Positions 14,101 to 27,400 of a stretch of DNA of 64,000 bases are shown in pieces; position 1 is the first letter of the stretch, and each line of letters opens with the position of its first letter. Position numbers and translations under genes: made by a program. The notes under the pieces were generated by a model. The model was given only the letters and a program-made list of their open reading frames with translations, was not told the origin of the DNA and made no database searches. Location of the stretch: NCBI GenBank assembly GCA_965178125.1, contig OZ237735.1, forward strand, positions 1,798,001 through 1,862,000, in the 5' to 3' direction. The stretch comes from Bilabrum cf. latius (taxonomy: Eukaryota).

Positions 14101-14342
14101 TTCTTAGGGCTAGCATCAGTTGTACGTCTTCGCTCAAGACTGCTGACGGGCCCGGGATCCACATGCTAGCTTCGCCCTCCACTTGGTTGCTCCTTCGTCT
14201 CTCCGCCTAACGCGGCGCGCTCGGCAACAAAAATTGAATCAACTCGTTTGGCAGCTCCATGTGTTGGCAACGGAACTGATGGTCTCCTTGGGCCCCGGGC
14301 GTGCCCATTGTGAGGTGGCTCTCCGACGGATACAGCTCTCAT
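11175..14342 (-). CDS. Hypothetical protein (~1055 aa with TAG=Gln), low complexity, with a SHOCT-like motif and a possible RUN-like N-terminal region
   Basis: Eight listed ORF fragments share one frame and are joined only by TAG; ATG at 14342, TGA at 11175. RARLDSLRHRLDNGDISRSEYNAQRRAI resembles SHOCT; LQEAVLHGI resembles RUN (weak). Confidence 0.7.
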
Positions 14343-14585
14343 TTGCTGCAACAGCGTTAAGTTCTTACTCTAAACAAGTGTTTCAATTCAGTTTAGTTTT
14401 TGCCTGTAGACTAGATATCAAAGCGTCGGATGTGCGAGCGAATCAAGGAAGGATGAGTCCCACCGGATCGATCTGCGAAGATGAAGACTGCCAGTGATGA
14501 AGTCGGTGCATGGTGATGGGCCAGACGTACTGGCAGCCAGGCCGGTACGATAAGGCGTGGGGTGGTAAATAACACAATTCAATCT

Positions 14586-15543
14586 TTATGTTTCTGTCTC
14601 CATTTCAACCTGTCCCAAACCATCCCCTGCCGCAGTGCCGCCAGATCCGTCACCACCACCTGTGGCTGATGGTCCCCCAGAGCTGATGTTGGACCCCATC
14701 TTCTTCAACAAAGCTGGTGGTAGCTTGCCTGACTTAAGTGCGGCTTCGATAGCTTCGACCTCAGCCGCAGAGCTGGCGGCTTCAATCGCCTGCTATACTT
14801 CCGCGAGCTGCTCTGCCGACAAGCTTAAAGGCTTTTCGCTTGCAGCTGCTCCAGAGCTCGCAGAGCTGCTTGAACCATCCACCGCTCTTTGAGCAGCGGC
14901 CTGAACCATGAACTGCCTTGCACGAACAACTGCCGCCAGCAGCTTCTTGCCTTCTGGCGACTTGAAGTGCAGAGCAGCAGCTTCTCGCTCCGCAGGATGC
15001 ACTTTCTGAAAGTCAAGAACCTTTAGAGCAGGTAACATATTAACTACAAAAGCACGGTAATGGGGCCTCGTTGTGACCGGGTTCTTTACCAAAGATAGGA
15101 CCTACAAGTTCTTTAATCTTGCCAGCGGCAACAAGTCGCTCAGAGTACCTATCCGATTACCTGTTAGCACCAGCGTGTGCAAATTAGGCACACTGGGTCC
15201 GATATTTTTAGAAATTCTGGAAATCCTATTGTTCGCGAGAAGCAAAGTCCGCAGTCGAAGCAATCTGGGCAGGTTCTCAAGTCTGCCGATAGAATTCGCA
15301 GTCAGGTCGATGCAGTCAAAGCCGTCCTTTGTGGCCCCCAAATTTTCAATTGTGTCGACATTGATTTCTGCGAACAGATGGATAGCTCGGACTGTTAGAA
15401 ACGCAAGCTTTGACACAAGCTCAACAGCACGTCCCAAAAAACAAGAGAGCCGAGAATGCCTTACCCCGCAAATCAAGCTCCCACTCTTCCAAGGGATTGA
15501 ACCTTGCGTCCGCAGACATTATCAAAGAAGCTGTTAGCCTCAT
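14586..15543 (-). CDS. SNRPA1: U2 snRNP protein A' (LRR), 2 exons (15543-15465, 15367-14586), ~286 aa
   Basis: MRLTASLI...ELDLR|E...IENLGATKDGFDCIDL..N.I..LENLPRL.RLRTLLLANNRI, NPVT..PHYR.FV...LP.LKVLDFQKV...ERE.A, AIEAASS.AEVEAIE..LKSG. Two internal TAG (15102, 14793); ends at TAA. Confidence 0.93.
15368..15464 (-). other. Spliceosomal intron in SNRPA1 (97 nt)
   Basis: GTAAGG donor, CTAAC branch-like motif and GCAG acceptor; removing it restores the frame. Confidence 0.85.
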
Positions 15544-15899
15544 TACAGCAGCAGTTCACAGCGTAGTATGTCAACAAGGACCAGTAAGAAGGTGACGAAC
15601 TCCAGGATAATTGAGGATGAGAACCAATGATGCGGAGTGAACGGCAGGCGCTGGGCTGCTCAGCTCAGGCCACGAGGCCTAAATGGGTTCTACTTGTCGG
15701 ACATGTGTAGTAATCAATATACCACTGCAGTAGACATATCGCATGGATAGTCACCCAGCTAGTGGTTCGAGCTGCAGCGCCAGCAAGAGCTTGATTGAGG
15801 CTTGCCTCCTGGAGGGGGGTAGCAGACCGTGCAGTGATTTTGCGTTGTGTTCGTATATATCTACGATAGAAGCTGACTGATCTCTCGATGAATCGACCA

Positions 15900-18400
15900 A
15901 AGCTGTTGTTCACAAACGCCTTGTGAGTATTTCCGCAAAACGCACGCGGAAGACTACCCACAGGAAATGCACTCGGAAGAGGACATGAAATGGGTACGGT
16001 TCCCAAACGACAATATTTCGCTACACTCGATGGCGACTAGGCAAAAAACACCTTTTCTCGGGAACTTTCCATTGTGTGTACAAATGAGACACATACAGCA
16101 AATTTTTGTAGTCAATACTGGTTAGTTTTGCGATTTGTCGGGCCCTGTAGCAAACTCATATGTGATTGTAACTTTAGCCGGACACTTGTATTCGGCGCAT
16201 GTATACAAATGATGTTTGTTGTCTTTTTCGCGGTTTCTGACTTTCCGTCCCTGAAATTCTATATAATACTTTACAGGTATTGCGAACAAACTAGCTTTCT
16301 CTCGTTGCTTTTCGTCAAATTGCGCTCGTTGTGCCTTACCTATTTTTAAAAACGGGTTCAGTACATCTGATATCTGCGCTCGAGCTGCATTGGCCGCGCT
16401 TCTTTGTTGATGAGTTACAGTTGAATCAGAACAATTTTCCAACATTATTATCATAATCAAAATACGAATTATATACCTTCATTTGTTTATTTGTTTCTTG
16501 TTAATATAGCCTGCACTTGACTGATCCAAGCACCGTTCGAACGCATGATACAGTTCTAGCACAGCACGTCCGAATGCTCACATTCATTTTGATAACGCCA
16601 AAATTGTATTTCTCAATTGCTTTCTTGATCATATTTCATGAATCAATTTAAAAGGCAAACACAGCAGTTCAATTGATAATTACATAAATTATTTATAGCA
16701 TCCAACTTACATACAATCTGACAAATCAATTGGATTCCAAAACAAAAGATCTTGATCGAGAGATGTCAATAATATGCAGAGAATGTGATAAATGATTCTT
16801 TTTAATGAGCAGTAAGGAGTGTCTACAGCGTGCTAGCTCCAATTTCGCAAGAAAGTTGAAATCTGTGATCCGAATCAAATAACTTTAATAGTACCACGAC
16901 GCTCATATCGCAATCTTCTGGTGGTGGTGTTATTTGATTATATATAAGTTACACTTTCAGTATTTGTTGACCATGAAGCTCACTATCGATGTTCGAACTA
17001 TATAAAACCGATGCATCCACTTTAAAGTTCTTGGAACCAATCAATCTCAACTTGCAATAACAAGCTTGACTAACCAAACCAATGAATATTCTTAACCTTG
17101 GAACAGTATTGCATCAGTTTCAATGATAATACAACTTGTTGCTACTTATTTAATGGCGAAAAAGCCTTGTCGCGGAATTTTGTACAGTCCCTATCCATAT
17201 GGAGCAGTTCGAAAGCCCCAAACTTCGAATGGTATAGGCGCCGTATGCTGATCAGTTTTGGACTGTGAGTGCGACGTTAAATCGCTAGTTTCAATTTCAA
17301 TTTCATGTTCATGTACGGAACAAAATGCTTTGTTACTACCATTCATGCGGTTGACTATCATCATGTTGTAGGTACACCACTTGATACATTTTTTAAGCGA
17401 TTTGCAGCACGATACTTCCAATTAAGGCTTTTGTCGCTTCCTTAACATCACGATTCTTTCGCAGTACTGAGACAGAACATACACGAGACGTTTAAATCGT
17501 GAAACGAGGGGCCGCTTAGGCGATGTGTAACAAAGATTATCTATCGTAGCGGTCGGGTATAGTCCCATGGGGTATTTGTATTTTACTTCCCAGAGAATGG
17601 CAAGCAGTCAGCAGATGAGGCCGTAGCTAGACTCGATGTCGAGAACTTTTTGCTTTGCCGGCCTTCCCGCTCACTCATGTACGCAGTCATCATGTGATAC
17701 AGTGTGCAATAGACTACATGAATTAAGTTGGCTACAAAAATGGATAATGAACAGCCCATAACGTCCAATCGTACAGATACGAACATTGCTATTTGTTTTT
17801 GTCTCCGGCTATACTTTAGCACCATGAGTATTGTATCGGTATCTATAAACATGATCAAGTCAACAGAAAATAGACTTGATTCGAAATGCAGCCGAAACTC
17901 GTTTATCATCAGCAAATGAAGTCAAGCTCCACATACCGACTGTTCTCTCCCTCAAGAGATAGTATCGACAAGAAACCAGCGGACTGGCGCCGCGCACAGC
18001 AATGTATATAACATTGAACGGAGCGCCTGATCACAGTCGCACATCAGCATCGAATACATGCGTCTTAGGAATCTGAGATCAAATCTAGTATTTTTAGGCT
18101 ATGGCGAGGTAATCTAAGAAGCAATCCGATTCCACGAATTGGTTCTGAAATTCCGCCAGTCGATAGCACCGAACCAAAATGCTCGATGTACTAACATTGA
18201 TGCCCACCTCACAAATGGTTAATTTAGTACACCCAGAAATCCAACAGAACGAGTTGCCATCAATTCGGCAATGGTACTAGGCAATTTCGAATTGATGGCA
18301 ACTCGGTGTGTTGATCGTATTTATATCTATATTTGACGTTGACGATTGTACATCAGAAAGCTACTAAAATATGTACTGATCTCAGTCACTCTAAAATACA
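15900..18400. other. AT-rich intergenic island, possibly decayed mobile DNA
   Basis: Visibly lower GC than the flanking genes, with no long ORF even under TAG=Gln. The short minus ORF 16122-16460 has a C-x4-C motif (LYTCAEYKCPAKV). Confidence 0.45.
18250..18305. repeat. Perfect 18-bp inverted repeat with a 20-nt spacer
   Basis: cgagttgccatcaattcg (18250-18267) and cgaattgatggcaactcg (18288-18305). Confidence 0.95.
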
Positions 18401-18422
18401 TGCACAAGAAATTAAAGTCTCA

Positions 18423-21400
18423 TCAGGCGATAAGGAAAGCATCCATACCCCAGTTGATGGCTGTTAGAATGCTCTTTCTCATTACCTTATCACTGGAGTA
18501 CGCTGGCATTTCAACCTGGAAGAAGCACGTGTGGCCAATGGGTAGCTGATCGTCCCCCCCATTGCGTTTTGTGAACTTGAACGGCTTGGTCCACTTGCCT
18601 CGAGGAAGTCTTGAACGCCCCCATGCGAACCGAATGAATTTGGACCTTTCTTCTTCAGACAGCGTCGGGAATACCCTCCAGAACATTTTGCACGCTTTGT
18701 CGTTCTTGTCATACCCGTGGTAAGTTGTGTGCTTCTTGAGTTCCTCCACGTCAATGTTTGGATCGCCACACACGTACGCCTCTAGCTCGTTCCACCGGCA
18801 CAACCTAAGTACCCGCAAGGGGACTACCTCGACGAAGCCTTGACGCAATGAGTATAGCTGTCTGTCCAGCTCGTGCGTCTTGTAGTGCACAGCTAGCCGT
18901 GCATAGCGAGGGAGATCCTCGGGCTTCACCCCTTGTGTGGACCCGCCCGGGATCAGGTCAACGTCCTCCCCGAGGATGGAGCGCACCGAGAAAAACCGCG
19001 ATTTACTTGCATCTGCTACACCCCCAGCTCCACTAGCAGCGGCATCAGCCGAAGATCCCGTTGCTGCAGCAAGTGCAGCTGCGGCTGCCGCCTCTTCAGC
19101 CGATCGCCCGCTCGCAGCCTTCGCATCCGAGACCAGCTCCTTGAGGAACGCACCAGTCGTCTCATCGATGGCATCTACGTCCTCGACATTCACTGCCTCG
19201 CTCGTGAGGTACTTCCACACAATGGACGGCAGCTGTGCAGGCAGCGACATTTTGAACCGCATCGAGATGCCTAGCACCCGGCCCAGGAAGTGGAACATCC
19301 GAAGAAGGCGGGGAGACGTGTGCGTCGGATTCGGCACAAACTTGTCAAGATTCATCCCTTTGCCCGTGCGCGAGTTCGGGCAGGGCACAAGGAGGTTCAG
19401 ATTCTTCGAGAAGACGTCTTCTATGATGCGCGTGAGCGACTCTCGGAATAGGCCGCCCCAATCCAGGCCGTCCTCGCCCTTGTACGACACCTCGAACAGG
19501 CGGTCCCTGTGGTCGAGCTTCTGCCGGAAGTGCACGCCCCTGACCCGGTCCAGCTGCTCGAAGGCCTGCACGAACACGCCCTAGTTCATGGAGGGGTCCA
19601 CGATCCCGGCATCCTGCATCTGGAAGGCCTTGGTGTTGTCCAGCTCCAGCCCGAAGTTCTTCTGGCGGTCCACGAAGCTCCCTTCGATGACCGCTTCGAC
19701 AAGTCTCGCCTTGGCATCAGGGAAGATCGCGTGGCTCATGTGGCGAAGCCTCGAGCCAATGGACCAAGCACTATGTGCGTCCGAACCCCCGCTGCTGGAG
19801 CTGCCGCTCTCTGACATGTCCACGAACTCAATGCACTACGCCAGCCTGCGGTTCAATTCTTGCAGTAGCACGAACCGTGCTCTGACGTCTTTCTCATTCA
19901 TGTCTCCGATGAGCGGGTAGCGTTCCTTCATCTCGGGCTTGACGACGAACTCGGGAGGGCTCAGCTCGATCATGCTCTTGGACTTGCCCTGGGCTAGCTG
20001 CGAGGCATAGCGCACCAGCTGCTCGTCCATGGGAGGTGCCCAGGTACCCTGTGCCATCACAATCGTCGCGAAGTCCTTGCTGGACACTCGTTCGATCGCC
20101 ATCGGGGTCGTTGTCGTGCTAGCATAATGCGCCACCACCGTAGATGTGATGTGGTCGGGCATTCGCGAGTTGGAATGCAAGCAGGACACCATGTCATAGA
20201 CGTCCACTAGCTGCTGCAGCAGACCCAACGAACTCGCCTTGGCTGCCTAGAAGGCCGCCACAGGGACCTTGAGCACCAAGTCGCCCATGCCAAAGAGCCC
20301 TGAGCGAGTGAAGTCCTCGTTCACGTTCACAGGCCGGGCCGGAGGCTCCTTCGAGCCCGAGTCCACGATCCTCCTGGCCCGCTGCGCAAGGACACACATC
20401 TGCACGAGTGCCTGCAGCTTTGGCGGAACCTGGATGGCAGACTCCGCTCGCAACTTCTCACATTCCCTCACGACACCGGCGCTGATCGCGTCGAAAGCAG
20501 GGAATGGTGGGGGCGAATCCCGGGGGAATGCGCCAGGATCTGACAGAAGCTGCGACAGCAATGAAACGATGTTCTCTTTGAACGGGGCGCCCTGCGTCTG
20601 CAGGTAGTCGACGAGCGCCCCCACGATGACGCTGCTGTGGACAGCCTGCGCGGTCCCTGCGCCCTTGCCTTGTGCCAAGAAACGGAGCAGCCAGGCTGCC
20701 CATTCCAATGAGGCGTCCTGCAGCACGCTCCGCTCCGACAGCCACTGCATGCCCCGCAGTGGTGCCACCACAAACCGAAAGCCAAACGAACGTTCTGCAT
20801 CTGACCCTTCCGGCCTAGCTGTGAATCGATAGGCCACGCGGTCTGACTATATGGTGATCTCGCCAATTTCAGAGACTGCCGTGCTCGAGTCTATCTTCCG
20901 GATGACCTGCCCCTTAGGGCCGAATAACCTCAGCTGAGCCCCGGCACCGAGCGAAGTCGCAGGATCGAAGCCAACAACGATGCCACGAGCCCCCTCGATC
21001 ACCACTTCACCAGGATAGTCGCATCGCTGGAAGTATGGGTGCAGAGACTCGACCACACGGGCGTCTTCGAAATCAGCTGGCTTCGTGGACTCTCTCACAT
21101 TCCAGGCACAGTCGTCCAGTAGAGTGTCCGCAAGTCCAGTCGCGGCGGCGCCACCGGCCCCGCTTTGGGCTAGCTGTGAAGCAAGGCTGCGGCGCAACAG
21201 CGCAGCTGCTGACTGCAGTCGGCTCGAATCCCGGTGCAACGTGGCCGTGGTGCCAGTCAGTTGTTCTGCCTTAATAAGCCTTCGCAGCGTGCTTTCCACC
21301 ACGAACAGGAGCGGTGATGGTTGCGTATCCTCTACTTGAGCATCGTCACCGTTGAAAATTGCGGAGGCCTGTTCCAGAGCGTGCTCGGATGCAGCGATGA

Positions 21401-24400
21401 AGCGAGTCAGGCAAACCATCTGTGCGGGACCACCGAGCTGGTTCGTTGACAAAACCACGGTGCTGGGCCAGTTGAGGAGCAGCGACAGCACAGCGCGCCG
21501 AGCGGACCTCGTTGCAATGGACTGCTCCGTGTCTGCGCATAGATCACTCACGCTCTCCGGTGTGGCTAGCGAGGTGCCATACATTGACTCCATAGACCGC
21601 AGCATTCCAACCGGGATTGGAACGCATCTGGCAGTGCCTGACAGAGGGTCCAGAAAACGGACACCTAGCATGTTTCGCCGTGCGGTGTCCCGGATCACTG
21701 TGCCGATCGGCCCCAGACCTGCCAGCAGCAGGCGTCTGCCGTCGTCTCGCGAACCAGGCCTGCACAATGCAACCACAGGGGTACCATTGTGGATATGCGC
21801 TCCAGCGGCCGCTCCGGCTGCAATGGTGATCGAGTCTAGCATTGTCTCGTACCCACCCATTGCCGAGGACTCTGTCGCGGTGGAGCTGCGGTCCTGCCCG
21901 GACTGGTCCTGAGCACCGCCCCGACCATCAGTGGCTCCCGATGCACCGCCGGCAGCGGCACCTCCTTCGGCTTCAAGCCTGCGGATCACAGAGCGAATCG
22001 CAGCCCCCATGCCACGGCCCCCGCTCCCAGCAGCAGAGAGCATCCGCAGGTGCTCAATCATGCCCTGCCGACGGCTCCCACCGCCGGCAATAATTTGCTA
22101 GAAAAGGCGATCAACCAGCGCGGGGTCAGCCACATCGTCCTCCCCGTCTTCACCAGAAGCACTTCCTCCAGATCCGGCCCCTGCAGTTGGGCCTCCTGAC
22201 AGCCCAGCAGCCTCAAGAGCAGACCTTGGGTCCCGTACTGCACCTGAAGTCTTCTTGCGATGAGCGCCTCGCACAGCTGCCACGGCTGAACTCCGAATGG
22301 ACTCATCCGAAGAACCACCTGACGACTCGTCCTTGAGCTCCGGATCCTTCTGGTACTTGACGCCCTCCTCCATGACCCACGTGGCGGCGGCATCGCGGTT
22401 GTCCTGGAACATTTCCAGCGCTCGATAGCACAGCCGAGGGGGCAGACCGGAGATCTGACCCATCTCTCGGGCAATGTTCAGCCTAGGATCCGAATCATCT
22501 CCAGACTGAGCCTCCTGCATGCCCCCTCCTTCCACGAAGGTGGCTGCGCCGCCCGCGAAGAGCCAGTTCGCAGCTTCATCCATCTTGTCTTGGTGCAGCT
22601 CAAGCGCTTTGATGGCGACCGGAAGCTCGCACTGCGTGATGCTTTGCAGTTCCCTGGCGACGGTCTCACGGTCCATCTCTTCCTTGGTCTTGGCTGAGGA
22701 ACTAGAGCGAGCATAACCGCGCTGGCCAGCCAGTTGCACCCCCGTGGCAGCATCGATGAGCCACATCTTCAGCTGCCGGCCTCGATACTGCAGCCAAGTC
22801 ATCTCCACAAAGCCCGGCAAGCCAATCGGGTCCAAAGCCGTCGATACGAGCGACCCTAACAGCCCGCTATCAAGGATAGTACTAGCCACCTTGGGTTGAG
22901 TCACAATGGCCTGCAACGCCTGCACCGCCTTGCTGCGAAGCTGATGCCGCCACAGCTTCCCTACTCCCAAATCTCTGTCCTCAGAAGCAACCAGGCTTCT
23001 GAATGCCTCCACCAGTGAGGGCTCCAGTGGGAAAGCGTCAACAGGCGCGTGGGCAGATGAGACCGGCAACACATCTGTCACGCTGAGTTGCTCGACAGTG
23101 ACGGCACTATACGAGGCGCCCCCCTGTGCGACACCTGGGCCCTGTGCGGAAGCACCACGAGCCTGCTGCAACGCAGCGTCGCGTTCGGAATCGAACACAA
23201 CGCCAACTGTCTTGGACCCGAACCTGTACTCGATAACGGTAGCCTCACCTGGCACCTCGTGCAACAACCTGGCTAGTTGCTGCTTTGCCGCATCTGCCAC
23301 AGAGGAGCCCGAGCTGGCCTCGGCATCAGATCCGAGAGCAGCAGCTGCCAGTCCCAGCGCATGCTGGATCACGCCACTGCCTCGCAGACCAATACGTCCA
23401 CCGACCCGCAGCACTTCAGCGTCGCCTCCCACGACGCAAAACGCAGCGCATGCAACCGCTACAATCGCCCGATACTTTTCGATCTCCAGGATCCCGCCAG
23501 CGGCTGACGCAGTCCCGTCAGCTGGTGAAAACATGCTCGCTTGACACAGCCGGGCTTGCCCGCTGCTGTCGTCCGCAGGCACACCTTGCCGGTCAATCAA
23601 TGCTGCTGCACGCCTGATGGCCCCCATCGTCGCGACTCGCGCACTGTTGGCTAGCTCCAGTTGTGAACTGCAGCACAATCGCCGGAGCATTGCGATCACA
23701 TCAGAGCCCAGCGCTGCCCTACAATAACCGGCACCGACGCCATGCACTTCAGTGTGAGTGTGGCCCGGGCCTCGACCTGCCACTTCCTGCGACAGCCGAT
23801 TCGGAGTCTAGCAGTACTGGAATGAAGCAATCCGGAACATGAGTCCCAGAAAACTCTGGGGAGGCGACCCGCAATTGGCAGCATCGGACCACACGTTCGC
23901 GGGATCGATTGCCGCAGGTGCATCCATGCCGAATACGGCAGTGGGGTCCCTTGCAGAGGCAAAAAGCTCAACCTCCTTGCAAGCATCAAAAGTGAGGGTG
24001 TTAGCCTTCTCTAGGCCCACAGCCTCGATAGTACTCTCCACGAGATGCAGGGCAATACGTCTGATTCTGAGAGATCCTACGAGCAGGTACTTAAATAGGA
24101 TGCTGCTGCCCTCCGCAGCGAGCCAGGACAGGGATATGCCCTCCGCAATGAGAACACTCAAATTCTACATGCACTCGTACGCATGCTCCTCAGCATGGTC
24201 CAGTTGCAATGAAGTCGGGCGTAGCGGGTCCCCACCTGCTTCAAGGCGTTTCTTCGGAGCGGCGCCATCCCGTCGGATTTCTTGCGTAAAAACACTGATA
24301 CACCCGCGCAGATCGCCTAGCATCATCTGAGCAGCAGCCTGCCCCAAATCGTGCATCATTGACGCGTGCATGACCTTCTCCGCCCCTGCTGCCGAGCTTC

Positions 24401-27400
24401 GAATGCTCTGCACAGCAAAAAAATGCAGCAAGTCCATTGAAATCGAGCGGACCTCACGCTGGGCCGACATCTTGCTGGGGTCTGCAGGCAGAGAATTCAG
24501 CCCAAGCATCCACCCATGCTGCTCCTTTAGCAGATCTGCTTGTCTCACGGTGGAGTCGTACTTGGAATCGACAAGCATCGCTGGAACCACAAGCCCAGAT
24601 CTAGAGGCTGAGGTTGATGCGAGAAGGAACCCATGTTTTGCAGCTGGCGTCGGTAGTGCTGCTAGTTGACTGACTGCTGCGATCAAACTCAACCTTGTGT
24701 GCACGCTCGCAATTTCATCGATTGCAGCGTCAATCCCCGCACCCGCCTGCTGGCGCAGGAAATCTGCCTTTGATATCTACCCTGTGAGCAGCTAGACTGC
24801 TGGGTTGGCTCCCGCAGCTCCTGCCCCGCTTGCAGCGGCCATAAAGGGCAGCGAGAGAGAGGTGCTGACCGCGGGTTCGCCACGCAGTATCGTGCCCGCG
24901 CGGAATAGGTTGCGCAAGAAATTCGATCGCGCCAAAAAGGCTGCATCTTCTGGCAAAAACTCCATGGCAGCAGCATTTACGACAGCCTGGAGCGCCATGG
25001 GACTCGATGTTGCGCTGGCCTCTGAGATAGTCGAAGCCAGTCCGTCTAGCAGGAAGAACGAAGCCAGTTTGGCCCGCACCGCGAGCGGGGCTGGGGCACC
25101 CTAGATAGCCACAGAGTGGTGTCTCTGTGAGGTGTTCGAGTCAATTTGCATCCGTCCCATCTAGGTCGACGAATGTCCCAGGGCTTGCATCGCCCGAAGC
25201 TCCTTTCCGACATGTTCAAAGTAGAGCTTTTTGGTCTTGAAAGCACCAGGGACATGCCTTAGAGCCAACACCTTGGAGAGAAGAAGCTTCGATCCGAGGG
25301 CCAGCGTGCCAAGCGCTGCCAGACCGAAAGCCCTTTGGGCTGCCCGCACAGCTCGCCGCTTCATGATCGCCCTGAGCACCATTGGATGAGCACCAAATCC
25401 GCTCTCAAAGTAGTGACCAGCGGACTTGCAGATGGACTTAATCTGCTCTGCTGGTAGAGTCCCAGTCCAAGCCTGGTACTCCAGCCTGCCTTGGGATGCC
25501 ATCCCTACCAAGGCTGGGCAAAACCCTGCCGCGTCTGCACCAGTAGCAGCTGCTGCACTGGCTGGCCTACCGATCGCGATGTCAGCCAGCCAAGGAGCCG
25601 ACACATCCGTGCCCGGGAGCAGGCTCAAAAGGAGCCTACCCCTAGCTCGGAATGACGCCTTAACCTGCGATCCGCTATTAGGGACGCTAGCCCTGGGCAC
25701 CCGTCGCTCTCTGCTGTCAAGAAGCGATGACTCTTCGCGGTGCAGCGTTGGGGGGGCAAGTGGATCGGCTGCGCCTGCTCCAGATGCAGGGCCACTGGCA
25801 CCTGGGCCATCAACCGATTCAGAACCTCCCTAAAAGTAACCCGAGACTTTCTGGTAGTGACTGGCTTCAGCACTAGCTCCAGCAGCGTACATTGCCTGCT
25901 CCTCTGTGCTCGGCAACGGAATCAGTGCACCGCCAACCGCTGTGCTTGGCAAAAACTATGCGGCTTGCGCCTTCTGGTCGCGCAAAGTCTGCCGAATGCG
26001 TGCTCGAGCAAGGCACAACTCCTCATAAACAGTCTTGATGTCGCTTGACGGGGAGGTTGCACAGTCTTCAGACACCGACATCACAACCGTTGGTGCAACT
26101 ACTCCTAGTAGACTGCACGCCGTTCGGAGCGCCTCCTTCCACGCGCCTGTCATGCGAAGCAAAGCTGCAAAGAAAAGGCTTTCCTCAGGGAGAGACCGCT
26201 TGCCCTTGTCTCGCACAGAGGCAGCTGAATCACCAAGCACCGAGTCGTAGTGGTCGAACAATAGGACAGACAATCGCTTGGATGCGTCCGCACGAGCTCC
26301 GACACTCTCGGACATGCCAAGCTTTCCAACTGGAGAGTCTGACGCAGCAACCTTGACTGCCAACGCCTTGCAGAAGCACTCCCTCCACCACAAATCCGGC
26401 CTCATGCCAGCAGCAAGAGCAGGGGTACTCTTGAAATCCTTGCCAGCTGCCAAGAGTGGACCTCCAACAGTTGCCTTGCGGAAAGCCCTCACGACCTTGC
26501 CCCAGTCTTCCAGTGCGAGATCATCTGACTGTCCCAGTCTCCACTGGGTATCCCACGAGGGCAGGCTTTCCACCTGACAATCGGCTGCCAATCGCGCAGC
26601 TTGCATGGCAGCGCACACATCATCCGCTACTTCCGTTTTAGAAGCCTGAACCCCAAACGAGTCGAATCCATCGCCTACCAATGGGTCTATCCCGTGGCGA
26701 AGCACAGGGTCACTCAGTAGAGCCCCGATCGCCTCCTCTTCTTCCTCCTCGCCGAGTCCCTGACTGACCATCATCGATATCTTGGAAGCAGCGATAGTCA
26801 GGGTACCTGCAACTGCCAACAGCCGCGGGACACCCCGCTGCACATCTTCAAGCATTCCAGGCCTCATCCGTGACACATCGGCGATTCCAAGACCAGGGAT
26901 ATCATCGATCTCGCCTTGCTCCTGTGCAAGACGCCCGGCAAGGACCGCACCGGCTTGCGCAGGCGATTTGTCTTGAATAGCCCCGCCGTGAAGCTGCAGA
27001 ACCGCAACTATGTCTGCTTGGGATTGCGTTGCAGCGCTCGAGACTGACACACGCTTCGAGGACGCAGCTGCTTCGTCTGCAATGGATGCTCCATCTACAG
27101 CGATTGTTTCACGAGGCGCCGTATCATTCATGGAAGAGGATGAATTCATAGTGTTCGCTGCATCAACCATTCGCCTCATGTTGCCGCGTGCCGCATCTTG
27201 AAGCTCTGGCAGAGAACTGCACAGCTTGTCGAGCTCAAGAGCTGCGCTGCACAGTTTGGGAACAATACGAGCAGCGACGGATGGGAAGCCTTGCAGGAGC
27301 ACTGTATTTCCGATAGCGACCATCGGCAGCAAAGAGCACACGATAGAAGCCCCGAGTGCTTTGGCAACCGCGTCTTGGTTGGCCCCCAACCCGATCGCAC

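Noticed and set aside
15600-18400. Suppressor tRNA-Gln(CUA) or an intact endogenous virophage
   Set aside because: No cloverleaf, capsid, ATPase or integrase signature was recognisable by eye; a covariance search is needed.
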